The notes under the pieces are model-generated. The model was not told where the DNA came from. It searched no databases and saw only the letters and a program-made list of their open reading frames with translations. Position numbers and translations under genes: made by a program. A DNA stretch of 64,000 nucleotides from the human T2T-CHM13v2.0 reference genome, Homo sapiens. The DNA lies in the NCBI RefSeq assembly GCF_009914755.1, contig NC_060934.1; one strand, given 5' to 3'. Below, one piece after another: positions 30,598 through 47,712 of this stretch. How positions within the stretch are numbered: position 1 is the stretch's first letter; the number at the start of each line of letters is the position of its first letter.

Positions 30598-31980
30598 AAC
30601 CCAACTTTATTTCTCCTTGGAACCAACTTTAACATCCTGCTGGTTCTGTCATTAATAAGTTGAATAAATCTTTGATACATGCTCATTCCAGATTTGTATA
30701 AGAGTCCTATACTTTTTGAAAATTATACTCTGACAAAGGCATTACTCTTTTTAACCAAAAATATCTAAAGGTGAACATTATTTTTTTTTAACAAAATTTT
30801 GGTCTGTTTGATATTAACAACTTAGCAAATACTCTTCACTGGTGGTACAAAGCAAAACTTTCACATCTAAATGATCACAAACATCTCAATTAGTAAAGTC
30901 AAACTTCAGTAGGGTATATTTAGATTTTTACTTTGGGTGCTCCATTAGTCGTTAGCTGACAGTTAACATACGCCCAGGGAAAAGCATAGATTCCTTTCAT
31001 TAAAAAATAGGGCTTCTAGTGAAAGAGATTAATTGCTTTCTTCTGATCAATTATTTAAAACATTCCCCACTCAAGGTGCCAACTAAATCCTGCCCTTTTT
31101 TGCCACCACCAAAGCCTGGCTATAAAAAGTCCTGTGCCTTGTGGATGCTATGCTCTGGAATTCATTCTCTAGAAACCACTGAATACAATCAACTACTAAA
31201 GAAGAACATGTACATCCAAGAAATTTTATATAAAAGTTGCAAAATTAGTAACAGGCATATTTTAAAAGCTGAAATCTTTTAAAAAAAGTAACAGGAGCTG
31301 CCCATGTAGTAAAAATACCATGGAACAGGAGGGGAACAAAGTATGGGGGTGTCCAACAAGGGTGAAAACAGAACAGTATTTTAATGGCATGAACAGGGCT
31401 GCAGTAGCAACTATTTCTTCAACCTTCTAAAAACGGTAGTAACATTTTATGTTCCAACAAATTCACTGCAACACTCCATCTGCCTGTTCACTAGTTCATA
31501 CTGCCAAACATTTAAGAGAATGGGTCATACCTAAAACTCTACCCAATGGTGGGTTTTGGGGGCAAAATGTCAAAGACATTTTCTTCATCCATATCAGTAG
31601 ACTGAACATCTCTTTCTTGTGCTACTGCTCTCATACAGGTTTTAATCAATTTGTACCAGTAAGAGAGAGGGGGATGCTAAGCAAACATGATCAATGTTTT
31701 CAATTCAGTTTTGAGCAACATGAGCATTTTAATTGGGGTGCCAGTAGCCTTGGGTGGGTCCTTTCTTCTCTTTTCTAGGAAAACCCATCTAGCATGCTGC
31801 CAGGTGGTCAGCTCTTCTCAGGGAAGAAGGAGCCCTTCTGAATTTGCCCCATGAAAGTTCTGGGACCTGTCTTACACCCTCCTCATTTCCAGTGATGAGG
31901 GCCATGTGCTCTAGATGTACTAATTTACCCTTAGGCCAAAATCCTGTTCCACATACTTCAAAATAATAAGAGTTGTCTAA

Positions 31981-33488
31981 GACAAACTCACAGCCAATAT
32001 CATACTGAACAGGCAAAAGCTGGAAGCATTTCCATTAAGAACTGGAACAAAACAAGGATGCCAACTCTCACCACTCCATAGAACTGGAAGTCCTAGCCAG
32101 AGCAATTAGGCAAGAGAAAGAAAGAAAAGTCATCCAAATAGGAAAAAAAGTCGTCAAACGGTCTCTCTTTGCCGATGATATGATTCTATACCTGGAAAAC
32201 CCTAAAGACTCCACCAAAAGGCTCCTAGAACTGACACATGATTTCAATAAAGTTTCAGGTACAAAATAAATATACAAAAACCAGTATAATTTCTACACAC
32301 CAAGAAAGTTCAAGCTGAGAGCCAAGTCAAGAATTCAATCCCATTTACAATAGCCACACACACAGAAACACCGAGGAATCCATCTAACCAAAGAGGTGCA
32401 AGATGTCTACAAGGAGAATGAAACACTGCTGAAAGAAATCATAGATGATGCAACAAACAAAAAACACATTCCATGCTCATGGATTGGAAGAACCAAACTT
32501 GTTAAAATGGCTATACTGCCCAAAGAAATCTACAGATTCAATGCTATTCTTATGAAACTACCAACATCATTTTTCATAGAATTATAAAAATCTATTCTAA
32601 AATTCATATGGAACCAAAAAAGAGCCTGAATAACCAAAGCAATCTTAAGCAAAAGGAACAAAGCTAGCGGCATCACATTATCTGACTTCAAACTATACTA
32701 CAAGGCTACAGTAACCAAAAGAGCATGGTACTGGTACAAAAAGAAACACATAGACCAATGAAACAGAATAGAGAACCCAGAAATAAAGTTACATACCTAC
32801 TACCAGCTAATCTTCAACAAAGTAGACAAAAATAAGCAATGGAGGAAAGGACTCTCTATTCAATAAACGGTGCTGGGATAACTGGCTATCCATATGCAGA
32901 AGAATGAAACTAGACCCCTACCTATCACCATATACAAAAATTAACTCAAGATAGATTAAAGGCTTAAGGGTAAGACCTAAAACTACAAAAATTCTGGAAG
33001 AAAACCTAAGAAATACCCTTCTGGACATCGGCCTTGGCAAAGAATTTATGACTAACTCCTTAAAAGCAATTACAACAAAAACAAAAATTGACAAGTGGGA
33101 TCTAATTAAACTAAAGAGCTTCTGCACAGCAAAACAAACTATCAACAGAGTAAACAGACAACCTACAGAATGGGAGAAAATATTTGCAAACTGTGCATCC
33201 AACAAAAGTCTATTATACAGAATCTATAAGGAATTTAATTCTACAAGCAAAAAACAAATAACTCCATTAAAAAGTGGCCAAAAAACATGTCTTCTTAAAA
33301 GAAGATATGCAAGAAGCCAACAGACATATGAAAAAATGCTCAACATCACTAATCATCAGAGAAATGCAAATCAAAACCACAACAAGATACCATATCACAT
33401 CGGTCCAAACGGCTATTACTAAAAAGTCAAAAAGAGACAACAACAAACAAACAAAAAAACAGATGCTCCAAGGCTGTGGAGAAAAGGG

Positions 33489-33554
<66 letters not shown>

Positions 33555-34172
33555 CTGTTGGTGGGAATGTAAATTTGTTAAGTCACTGTGGAAAGCAGTT
33601 TGGAGACTTTTCAAAGAACTAAAAATGGAACTGCCATTCAACCCAGCAATACCATCACTGGGGATATAGCCTAAGAAAAATAAATTGTTCCACCAAAAGA
33701 CACGTGTACTCGTCTGTTCATCACAGCCCTGTTTACAACAGTAAAGACACGGAATCCATCTAAGTGCCTGTCAATGGCAGATTGAATAAGGAAAATGTGG
33801 TACATATACACGGTGAATACTATGCAGCCATAAAAGAGAATGAAATCATGTCCTCCGTAGCAACATGGATGTAGCTGGAGTCCCTTATCCTAAGTGAACT
33901 AATGCAGAAACAGAAAACCAAATACTGCATGTTCTCACTTATAATTGGGAGCTAAACTGTGGGTACATATGGACATAAAGATGGGAACAATGGACACTGG
34001 GGAATGCAAGGGTGGGGAAGCAGGCAGGGAAAGGTAGAAAAGCTACCTATTGGGTACTATGCTTATTACCTGGGTGATGGTTTCAATCATACCCTAAGCC
34101 TCAGCACCACACAATACACCCATGTAGCAAACCTGCACATGTACCCACTGAATCTAAAGTAAAAGTCAAAAT
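31981..34172 (+). mobile_element. 5'-truncated L1 (old L1PA/L1PB): disrupted ORF2 3' half plus 3'UTR, antisense to ABLIM1
   Basis: ORF-track fragments [52 protein letters not shown] and [18 protein letters not shown] are L1 ORF2 pieces broken by stops and frameshifts. Confidence 0.95.
33490..33554. repeat. Compound (CA)n(TA)n microsatellite inside the L1
   Basis: Direct reading. Confidence 0.95.
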
Positions 34173-34221
34173 TAAGAAAAAAGAAAAGAAAAGAAAAGAA
34201 AAGAAAAGAAAAGAAAAGAAA
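34173..34221. repeat. (AAAAG)n pentanucleotide tract derived from the L1 tail
   Basis: Direct reading. Confidence 0.9.
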
Positions 34222-37200
34222 GTCCTGTTCCTTTCTGCCTGACTACACCATCCCTGCACCTTCCTAGGCTGTCATATGCTAGAGCTGGGCTGGAGCAAAC
34301 GCAGGGTACAGAACTCTCAATCACTTCACCCCAATTAGCACTGCGAATACCAAATGCTTCCCATCTTCTGCCTCTGTCCCCCAACTAAATTTTTTTAAAG
34401 TTTTATTTCATCCAAGATGTTAGTCTATTCATCAAACCCTATCTTCCTAGAGAATACAAAAGTAGACTATGACACAATGTCTTCTCAAACCACCAAAAAT
34501 TCCATTACAGTATGGGATCTGAGTTAATCCATTTTTGCTCTGAAACCCAGAGCAGTGTAGCTGAAAGTACCACACACGGCAGCTCAAAAGTACCATCCAC
34601 TGTAGCCCAGAGCTCAAAATAGCTGAGCAGAGACTCATCAACAATAATGTGAGGGGGCAGCTTCCCACCAGAAATATCTTTTGCTAATGCATTGTTCTGA
34701 AAGCAAATACTAAGCCTCAAAAAACATATTTTAAGAGTGTTTCACATTAACTTCTAAATTCACATCAAAATCAATTATCATTTCTGGGAAAGATGATAGT
34801 TACAAGCTCAACCAGATGATAAAACGGGCCCCACAGCCAGGCATTTGAGAGTTTGTATTTAATTCAGAGTTTGAATTTACAATATTAAGTAAAGAGCCCT
34901 GATTGGAAAGAAATCATTTTGAAACCTCTATTTATTAATAAAATCTTTGACTGCACAGTAAACTTGTTGTTTAACCTGTTGTAGAACTTCGTGTCCAAAC
35001 AATATTAATTATAAACAGCTCAAGAAACAATGATATCATACAGAAATAAATATTCTCACTCAGTTTTTTTTTTGCTTTCTAAGATTTGGCCCATAACAGA
35101 AAAATAAGTATTAAAGTCTTCTACCATTGCACAGATTACTTTAATATCAGGCATTAGGGCTGAAAATATGCACAAGAAAGAAATGAATGGCTGGCTATTC
35201 TTAATAGGAACGACCTTGCTAACCCCAGGGAATTACATTTCAAACTAGGCCACACATTTAAATTTTGGACTCAAAGGTAAGTTTTATTAACGTCTACATT
35301 CTCTACTATTCCTTTCCCTTTTTTAGTCTCCAGATACACGACCATACATACATGGATGACAAGATACATAAAAGGTCATGTATCTTTGCCTTTTATAAAC
35401 TCCAGGCACAAGAGACAGCCCCAGCCATAGCTGTATGTGTGTCTATAAACTGACCTTATAAAAAAACAAAGGCACAAACACCATTTTTTGTCAACAACTA
35501 CAGGAAATCATTAGCATGGGGTCTATTATCCCTCCTAATGGGCTCTTTTTCTCTAGTTGCTCCCCTGCCCGATCTCCCCTGCTTACCTCTTCCAAATCAA
35601 TATGGTAAAGACGATGCTTTCATCAACAGGTTTTCCTGCTCTACTTTGCCAAATGCTTTGATCTTGCATGTAAGCCCCCCACATCTTCCAAACATTCATC
35701 TGACTCTTCCCAAACACCAGCACTTTACTCCAGTCAATCTCCTCAGCACCCCACTGACATTCTTTTTACCACTATGGTGATGCCAACTTCACCCAGGCTC
35801 CCAGCCCCTCTCAGGTTCACCCTCATGGCAAAGCTCACAGCCTCCTCCAGTCCCCCAGGCCTCTGCATCCTTGAGACACAAAACAATGATTGACATCTGG
35901 CCTTTAATATGATCTCTTGTGATACTCCATCCACTGTCACTATGATTGTCTCCTCGTCTCGACTGCAAGCTTACTGAAGGCAAAGACCACTTCTTATGCT
36001 TTATGTCTTCCACAATACTTACAGAGATGGACAATTATTTTTCTTAACCCCCTATTTCATGCTACTTTAAATCAGGCTGGTGTCTGGACCCTGTGTCCAG
36101 AGCCAAGTTCCTCTGGCATAGCATCAGGTAAAGGGCATTTCTGCATGACTTTAAGCCAGTAATTCCATCTTTGCCCCTGAAACTACCTAACTGGCATCAA
36201 AATAGTGGTGCCAAGGTAGAAACTTCACTCATCTTCCAACTTCTCTAGTCTCCTAAGGCTCTTCTCAACTCTTTCAGCAACTGAAATTGACCACCACTCA
36301 ATAACCTAACAGACAATTTCCTTCACATGTGCTGTGTATAGCGCTGGGCTATGCTCTACTTTGTGTTTAGCTATACTAAGAAGGCCCTGATTACAGAGAA
36401 CAAGACTGTGGCTAGTTAAGTGCACCATGGTTTAAGGTGAATGAGAAGAAACTAGAATGGGATCACAGGGTAACAACAGGAATAATTAAAGGGTTGGGAA
36501 GGAGCACTTTAAAAAAGTAGATAGGATTAGACCAAAGAAAAAGAAGTCAGGGTAATGATGGTCTTTAAGTATATCATGGGTTCTTTTAAGGAAATCAATG
36601 ATCAACTCTTTTCCATCTGAGGACAAAATGGGAAAGCATTTGTTTTACATGTACTAAGAGATGTGGGTTACATAAACTCTAACCTTGAAGGCAATTGCAA
36701 ATGAGAGCAGGCTCCGGAAGAGAGCTATTCTATCTCTTTGGTTCAGAAATATTTATGATAGAATAAATGGCACATCTATCCAGGACAGCCAGCACACTCA
36801 TCCTTGCGGATATGGACAAGATGATCATGCTATTTTCCTGACCTAAATATCTAGGTGAAATCCCAGGGATTACAAGCAATGAAAGGAAGTCCAAACTCAT
36901 CATTTTAACTACTTTCCAAAACTCCATTTCAGAAATGATATATAGTTAGTTCTTATACGTTAGGAATTAGATAATACAATTTTTCCTAAAAAAATGAAAC
37001 ATAGAAAACCCTTAATCTGTATCTTCAACTGCCTACCCCCATCTTCATCCACTTTACTCTACAAATATCCATGCACTTTATAAGTTCACATGTCCTACAT
37101 AGAATGATCCTGACCTGGTAAACATCTTAGCCTAAAATGGCAAAAATGGAAAGTACGATTGGAGATGGGATACTTTTCCCAAGCTTTTCATAGAACACAA

Positions 37201-38514
37201 TCTTTTAAACAGGCTAATTCTTGAAAAACGTATTCCAACTCATTGTTGTAATCTGAATTTTCTAATAGCTTTAGATGAACACTTTTGATATTCATGGGCT
37301 GTCTTGATGGATTGAAAATTACAGATAGAGGAGCAAGGGATTAAAGAAGCTATCAAAAGATATCATTTCCCACACCCTCTACACATAGTTAAGACTCACA
37401 CTGCTAAGTGGTAACAGACTCTATCAAAATATCATTCTATTCTATATAAGGATTTCTGCTGATGCTACCCTGAAAGAAGAGCTTACATGATCTGATTTTT
37501 TTTTAATTTTCCACAGATGCCCAGTGTTCAGAATTCTCTTTAAAATAATATGGCTATAAATAACATATAAAACTACTTCCATTTTTGAAAGGGAATAATG
37601 TTATTCTAATTAATGTTTAAAGTGCCATCTTTTCAAGGACAATAGGAGCATCACGGTTCCATTTATTTCTAGTAGAAAGTTTGCTTGTTCAAATTAAGGT
37701 AACTGTCAACTCTAGCCACACCTGTGTCCTCACCGCCCACTGTCCTGAACAAGGCAGCCCCCACACCTGACTATGCCTACCATGCTCCCCTCTTTAGTCC
37801 TGGGAAGGCTATTCAGTTTTCTGGAGGTTTATGTTCAAATCTTGTTTCCTGCTTGGCAACATCCCCAGACCAATGAGACTGAGCTCTAAGTGGTCTCTGA
37901 TTCACTGGCACCTGGCATCTGAACCACTCACCTGCACCTGTCCTGCTACCAGCTATGCTTCCACAAGTAAGCACCTTGCTCTCCAGCTCACAGGTTCTTT
38001 AGGGGTAGGTACCATGTTATGTATACCTTTCAACCCATCATATTTATATGACCATTTGAATGTCTGATTAATATCCCTATGAAGGCAGATATCACGTCTG
38101 TATATAACTTGATTATGTATAACTTATTTTTGAGTGCCTGAGCACTCAGAATTTATGCTATGCCCCTAGCTTAACCAGGGTTTTCATCATTGATGATCAT
38201 TTGATTTCAATTTTCAACTTTGAACTTCTGGGTGCAGAAAAATTGTACGATAGGGAGTTTCTCACTCTTGCTCCTTTGCTCCTCCTCAGAATCACAGGGC
38301 ACACCTGGGTACCAGGACGTTTCCCATCTCCCCATAGCCAGTCAGGTAAGGGTAGAGCATGAGTTCTGTCTATTCTTTAGTTGAGTGTTTCTTACCTACA
38401 TTCTACATTTAATGAGGCTGTTTTGAAAAAAAAGCCCAATTCCAGGGAATTTCCTAGGCCACAAAGGCCATGATCAGAGAACCTTTATCTAGATGGAACG
38501 GAACAGGTAGCTGA

Positions 38515-38936
<422 letters not shown>

Positions 38937-38994
38937 TAGAAACTTCCTGCCCTATGTCCAACAAAGCAGTGGTTCTCAACCTTGGAATATTTAA

Positions 38995-40352
<1,358 letters not shown>

Positions 40353-41779
40353 CTTACTTAAGAAGCTGGTTGAAAATGCTAGACCCCAACCACGGAGATG
40401 CTGACCGTGAGACTGGAGGTGAGAGGTCAGGAATGTGAACCATTAATCAGCGTCTGGGTCACTCTGAGTTAGGTTCTTCTTGGTCCACACTTTATGAACT
40501 CTGCACTAAAGAGTTTTAGAAGTTTAACCCCTCTCCAATTAGCTTTTAAACTGTATACATAGTATTTCCTGATACTTGATATCTACTGAGGTTCTCCGTA
40601 CTTCTCACTAAAGGTTCTGCTACTTGTAATGTGAATAAGGAGAAACCCAGGGTTTTAGTTAGTTTTAGTTCTGCAGGCATAGCAGAAAGCCTGTCACTGA
40701 TGCTGAGGTACGTTGTAAATACTCTGTCCTGGAAGGAAAGTGAGATCCACCCTTTGCCTTGCCCAGGCTTTTCATGGCAGATAGTGGGACATTGGGGACC
40801 TACAGGGAAAGGATGAAGAAGTCAATTTGAAGGTACCCCCAAAGGCCACTTCCATCACAGAGAAAGCCTACTCCAAACCCTTCTGCATGGGTTTAATATG
40901 GACAAAAAAATTTTAAGGTGCTTATTTCATTTGGTCTTGGTTGATCTTATCAAGGAACCCTCCTTTTGTCCTCTGCCTCCCACTTGGTCTAGAATACCTC
41001 TCTAGACACCATCAAAATCCCTTCTCAGATTAAATGAAAGAAAATCATGGCCAACATAGAGTCAACTCTTACATCACACTTTTCAACTACAATACAAATT
41101 TCACTAATTCAATCTAATTAGTGGGAGACCAATCTCACCATAATAGTTCAACTGTCTCACTATATTTATGCAAGTGCAGTTTTTCTACTTCTCAATAGAT
41201 GTCATGGCTATAATATGGTAAAGTTGACTCTGAAGACTACATTGAAAATGACATCATCACTTCAGATGCAAATTCAAGCATGCCATCAGGATGGGTGTTT
41301 CTTGGAATTTCCCAGTTTCACTCAGATACTACCTTCACTGTTATTTGCCATAGTTTTTATCTACCTATTCTATTTCCTTAATTTAAAAAAATCAGTTTAT
41401 GTTTATTAAATATGACTATTTAAAAAGACAAATATATACCACTGTCATAAGTCAATAGCCAGTTATCATTTCCTCTATATATAATCTGTAGAAACAAATA
41501 TTAAATGGTATAATTAAATTTGAGCTTTGATACCATTGTCTGATAAAATCCCTGGGCCTGAAAGCTGTTCTATCTTTGTTATAAAGATATTCTGCTTCAT
41601 GAAATTAGAAGGATAAAAAAAGGATTAAAGAGAGAATACTTTCTCACTGTGTGAAAAAATGCTGCGTCTGGGAACCGCAAAAAAAAATTCTTCTTTCTCA
41701 TACTTAACAAAAATATCAACTGAAACCAAGTCTTAGCGACCTGGATTTAATAATTTGTAAATAACTATCTATAAATAGT

Positions 41780-42024
41780 ACAGGCTATCCTCTCTTATCT
41801 GAAACACCTGAGACCAGAAGTATTTCAAACTTTGGATTTTTTTTTCAGATTTTGGAATATCTGCATTATATACTTCCTGGTTGAACATCCTTAATTCAAA
41901 TATCCGACATCCAAAACACTCTCATGAGCACTTCCTTTGGGTGTCCTGTTAGCCCTCAAAATGTTTTAGAGTTTTGGAGCATTTCAGATTTGAAACTTTT
42001 GGATTGGGGATATTCAACCCATAT
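41780..42024. mobile_element. Tigger4a (MER46/Zombi-like) MITE
   Basis: cttatctgaaa..gaccagaagtatttc..tttcagattttggaatat ... tttggattggggatattcaacc. Confidence 0.7.
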
Positions 42025-42039
42025 ATCACTCAATGATAA

Positions 42040-43160
42040 ACATTTCAATCATTCAAGTCAATAAATATTATTGAGTGTCCCCTATAAGTTTGGCTTTTTT
42101 CCTAAGAATTGCTAATACAAACTCCCTGCCCCACTGGTGCCTACATTCTTGTCAGGGGACGCAGGCAATACACAAATAAACCATACATAACTTATATAAT
42201 ATATAAATACATATATATGTGCACACACATACACAGTTATGTACACATATACATATCAGATGGTGTCAAGGATGGCCTTATTGATAAGTGACATTTGAGA
42301 AGAAACCCAAAGGAGGTATGGGAGAGCACCAAGCACACATATCCGAGTGAAGAGCTTGTCAAGGCAAAGAAATAGTAAGTGCAAAGGTCCTGAGGCTATT
42401 TGGTACTTGGTTTGTTTAAGAACGTTCAGGAAGGACAGCAGAATTCAGCAGAGTGAAACAGGAAGAAAATGGTGGGAGATGAGCTCAGAGAGTAACAGTG
42501 GGGAGGGGATTTGAAGGTCAAATTGAGGTCTGTGGATTTCATTCCAAAAGATGAGAAGTTCTTGGGAAAGGTGACAGGATCTGACCTTTTTCTAAGGATC
42601 ATCTTAGCTGTTGCATTGAAAATAAACTGAGGGAAAAGTGGGGTGGGACTGTGGGTAAAGGCAGATGCAGAGAGACCCGCTAAAATTCTTAATCCAGGCA
42701 AGAGGTAATGGTGGCTTGGACCAGGGTGCTTATCTTTGGGATAATGATAAATGGTCAGATTTTGTACATACTATGAAGATGGGGCCATCAGGATTTGTTG
42801 ATGGATTATTTGTGGCACATGAGAGAAAAAGAGAAGTTAAGAATGACTCCAAGGCTCTTAACCTGAGCAAGTGGAAGGAAAGTCTTGATATCTGCTGAAA
42901 TTAGAAGGCTGAAGAAGAAGGTTGGGGTGGGTATGGGGCTAGTAATCAGGAGAGTTTGGTTTGAGATGTCTACTGGAAATGCTGAGAAGGCTGTTGAAGA
43001 TACTAGTCTGGAATGCAGAGAAGTACAGACTTGGGAATTGTCAGGGAACAGATGGTGTTTAAACCATGAGACTGGATGAGGTCACTAGAAAGTAGACAGG
43101 GAGAAGAGGTCTGAGTATGGGGTACTCAATGGTTCAGGGCCAGGAGATAAGAAGAACCAG
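42040..43160 (-). mobile_element. L2 LINE remnant
   Basis: aaatattattgagtg.., ggtggcttggaccagggtg, gaatgactccaagg..ctgagcaagtggaagga and tttgagatgtcta motifs. Confidence 0.7.
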
Positions 43161-43358
43161 CAATATAAGTTGTGAAACGCTTATTTTAAAAATGATTGAT
43201 GAAAATTTCAATTTTCTTCCTTCTATAGTACAAACTGTCTCATAACCTTGGTTGTACTAATCGTTTTCTTAGATAATTTGTTCTTCCTTGATAAAGCTGG
43301 GTGAACTTCAGCATGCCTTTCCTCAAGAAATAAGCATTCATAGACATGACCTTAGAGT

Positions 43359-43857
43359 TGTCAAGAACTGTAAAAGAATCTGAGATTTTACCCTACTTGC
43401 AAGCTAACAAGTTCACCTGCTCCAATATAATGGATACTGGCAGAAGACATGAAACTCCTGGATCAGAAACAAAAGAATCACAGCACAGCAGGCAGCATGA
43501 GTTTTGTATTTGTTACTGGTTTCTCCATGCTCCCCAAATCCCTTGGGGCAACATTAGTAGGCTAGCTGGATGCTGCAGTCTCAGTGGGTTTGTATAAGAG
43601 CTGAGGAAACCTGAGCCTAGGAAGCCCCACTCTTGTATAATGAGTTGCAAGAAAACCTGCCCAATACTTCCTCCAGAGGCAGACATTATCTTTATTGTAC
43701 TAGACAGCAAACAAATCTGCCCTTGACTCTGGAGGGAAAAACTATTTCTATCTTCCAGGGCTGTTTGTTGTGCAAATGACCTTGAAAAGATAATTCAAAA
43801 CAAAAAGTTATCAGCACCTCAGCTCACAAGAGACTCATGGATAATTATCTGCCAACA
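43359..43857. mobile_element. Solo LTR with 5-bp TSD (ERVL-class signature)
   Basis: TG...CA termini flanked by agagt (43354-43358 and 43858-43862); 499 bp. Confidence 0.75.
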
Positions 43858-44534
43858 AGAGTCAAAATCAGTAAGCAGTGTATTTTGGAAAGATTACAAG
43901 ACCTTACCCTGTTCCAGTTTGGAATTCAAAACCTAAATGTTTTAAAAACTAAATTATATTTATTTGACAAGGTAACACTTCAACATGGCAACAAATTCAA
44001 AAAATAAAGTACTCAGGATCATCCTTTACTAAACAAAGACAGTATGAAAGTGGGTTCCCACTTGCAGTAAGAAGCGAGCACATTTATATCACACTTATGT
44101 TTCTCTCATTTTGGTTAACCTGCCTTTTAATCAGTTTGTGAATGACTAAGATTCTCTAGATAGGTAATAAAAGGATGAGCTCTGCTTTTGGAGAATGCAA
44201 TAAACTACTTCTATTTTTCTGGTGTTTCATCAGTTTTCTAGTTTTGCCCCAAAATAACCCATATCCAGTCTGTCCCTGTGAGCCCAGATGAGAAAGCTAA
44301 GGGTCTAAACCAGAGTGAAACTAAGCAGCAGCAACAGTTTAACCAAGAACTGCCTGAGCATATGTTTCCTTACCTGTGGTATCTGCCAGGCAGGCTTGTA
44401 GCTCAGTCATCTGTGATAGATATCTTTACTTGCACTCTTTCTTTTCAGAAGATAATGTTACTGTCTAGTAGCCATTGGAAGACATACATTATAGTAAAGC
44501 AATTGATAAATCTTTGTGACTAGCTATGCCATTA

Positions 44535-44870
<336 letters not shown>

Positions 44871-46496
44871 CTAAATAAACATATGGTTATTGTTCATTCA
44901 TTCGTTCACCTTATGAGTACCTGCCATATCAGGCATTGTTCTAGGCACTGGGTTTATAGTGAACAAAACAGACAAAAATCTCTGCCCTCAAAGAGCTTAC
45001 TCTCTAGTAGGAGGTGAAGATAAATTAATACAATGTATTAAATGATGCAAAAGAAAAAAGATAAGGCAGGGACATGTGACATAGGGAGTAGTTGATTTTA
45101 TATATGGGACAGCCCAGGAAAGGATCACTGAAAACAGACAATTTGGCTGAACAATCTTGATTCTCTGGGCAGTCTCCTTGGTCCTTGGTCTTTTCTAAAT
45201 GGTCTAGAAGTTTCTGGCAAAAAAAAAAAAAATAGATCTTGGTCCTTACCCTGAAAAATGCTCATGATAAATGACAATAGTTATAATGAATTATAGATCA
45301 AAATAATGAACAAAATATATAACATGTATACTTAAAATGAACTATAATTCACATTTAAAGAGACATTTAGAAATGCCAGACAGTGCTAATTTGTCCTTTG
45401 TTAGAAGCAATTCCCCCAGAGAAGAATCTGCACAAATACCAACACATTCAAATCCAAATAGAGATGAATGCTTCCCTTTTGTTTTCAGGTTTCTTATTCT
45501 CTAATACAGCGTAAAATACAACCATGATACAGACAAAGTAAAACATTAAAAACCTATCACTGGAACGATATGACAGAATGAACAGATCACATTAAAACAA
45601 CTCCTTTAAGTTAGTGGGATGAAGGCTGTAATGGACAAGGATGAAAAACAAAGTGAATACTGAAGATAGAATAGCTCCACTCAGAACCCTGCAGCCATGT
45701 TCTACTCCCACTGGGTTATTATAAGAAATACCATAAGCTTTTGGGATCTGCTTTTCATTTAATTACAGAATCCATCCATCAATTAAACCACTTCCTTCAT
45801 CTAATTACCACCCGGGTACATTTTCTGAGGTGACAAATGGGAATTAGGTTCTCCTTCCTTCAGATGCTGCCATCTTCCAGTATTCAGTTCCTGCCTTTTG
45901 CTCTTTCCCAGGGAAATTTCACACACAGTTATATAGCTTCAGCCATTATCCACATGCCAAAGGCTTCCAAATTCTTCTTCCCAACATAGACCACTATTTC
46001 AGAGCCCTACTGGACTCTGGATGTACCATGTTACTCAACCTCAATATACCCCAAACTGAACTCATCTTTCTCCAGCACTGCCCTGCAAGGTGCTTCTATA
46101 TTTTCTTAGTTGGTGGCAACTCCATCTATCTACCCAGGCAGCTCAGCTGGACATGTGGATCCCTCTTCACTCCTCCCATTCAGTCAGTCATCAAATTCTA
46201 TCAACCCTAACTTTGTCTCTTAAATCTTCTATTTTCTATTGCACCTGCTACTGCCTTACACTATTCCCACCTGTGGCTCTCCCCATCTCCATTCTAACTC
46301 CCCTGTGGCCCTCCTGGCCTGCATGCTATGCATCTCTCCATCACAGGACTTATTACTTGGTCTCATAAATGTTGCTTACTTGTACGTCTCTTCTAATACC
46401 CCAGGAGTTCCTTGACAACCTGGTATGCTGTCTCTATTATTAGCACTTAGCACAGTGTCCTGCATGGAGTATGTGTTCAATTAACATTTAGTAAAT

Positions 46497-46605
46497 GGGC
46501 CTGGCGTGGTGGCACATGCCTGTATTCCCATCTACTCAGGATCACTTGAGCTCAGGAGTTTGAGACCAGCCTGGGCAACACAGCGAGACCCCCCATCACA
46601 AAATA
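46497..46605 (+). mobile_element. Alu monomer fragment (FLAM-like)
   Basis: Internally deleted single arm. Confidence 0.7.
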
Positions 46606-47524
46606 CAACATGTAGTAAATGGATGAGTAACTCATGAACCATCAGATCCCACAATGTCAGGCATTTTAGAAAGTGAGATGAGTTCACCAACACAATTTCT
46701 GCTCACCAATCCCTACCTTGTCACAGCTAAACCTGTGAAGTCATGGGGTCTGAAACTGATCTAAGTTTGTGCTATCAACTCTAACTCCTCCATCGCAACC
46801 CTTTCCCACCTTCATATTTGTTTAGCTCTTGTGTAAAATGTTCAGTGTCCCCTTTCTCCTTTTTTTCAAAACCTATTTTTAGCAAAAAGAGTTCATCCTT
46901 GCTTTTCATTCCCAAACTCATTTACATCTTTGGCCTTTCTTTCTAGGGGAAATCAACCTCTGCCCCCACTCAAGAAATAGAAGGCTTTGTTGACAAGGTA
47001 TACATGTGAAGGAGAGGCAGGTGGGAGGGAGGGAAGGGAATTCCAGGGAGAAAGCTTTGCTGGACTCGAGGTCACAGTCAGAACTGGAATGTGCCTCCTG
47101 TGCACTCAGCCAGGTCTTGACCAAAAGCCCGGGCTTGTTTTGGCACATGCTCCCCACCCAAAATCCTCTGTCCCAGGACATCAGCTCAGTACCCGAACAT
47201 CGCCACTCTAGGTGAAACAGGAAGAAAACGAAAATGTTGTTTTAGGACTTGGCTGCAATTGGGTCACTTGGGCTAGGAGGAAGACAGCATTCCTCAGGTA
47301 AAAGACTGCTATTGCTGCTGGGACTTATAAAAAGTAAAGACGCTAAGGAAATTCAGAGTGCTGATCTGATTAGGATGGAGAGAGAAGGGTCTTTGGAGAG
47401 AGAAGCATCTTTGGAGAGAGAGCAAGCCCTGTCAAGATGGTGCAGATGAGGTTTGGAATAAGTCTGAAAAATGGCCCTGGCTTGTACTTTCTGATCAATT
47501 TTCCCATAAACCTAAAACTGCTCT

Positions 47525-47712
47525 AGAATGAAGGAAAGAAATGAAAGAAGGAAATGAAAGAATGAAAGAAAAGAAAAGAAGGGAAGGGAAGGGAAAGGAA
47601 GGAAGGAAAAGGAAAGAAATAGAATGGAATGAGAAGGGAAGAAAAGGAAAGGAAAGGAGGAAAGAAAAGAAAAACAAAAAGAAAAGAAAATAAATGAAAA
47701 GAAAAGAAAAGG
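47525..47712. repeat. ~190-bp polypurine tract (GAAA/GGAA/AAGGG/AAAAG units)
   Basis: Direct reading. Confidence 0.9.

Noticed and set aside
32396-33669. Reverse-transcriptase-region ORFs as an active element
   Set aside because: Fragmented, 5'-truncated L1 ORF2 with stops, frameshifts and an inserted microsatellite.
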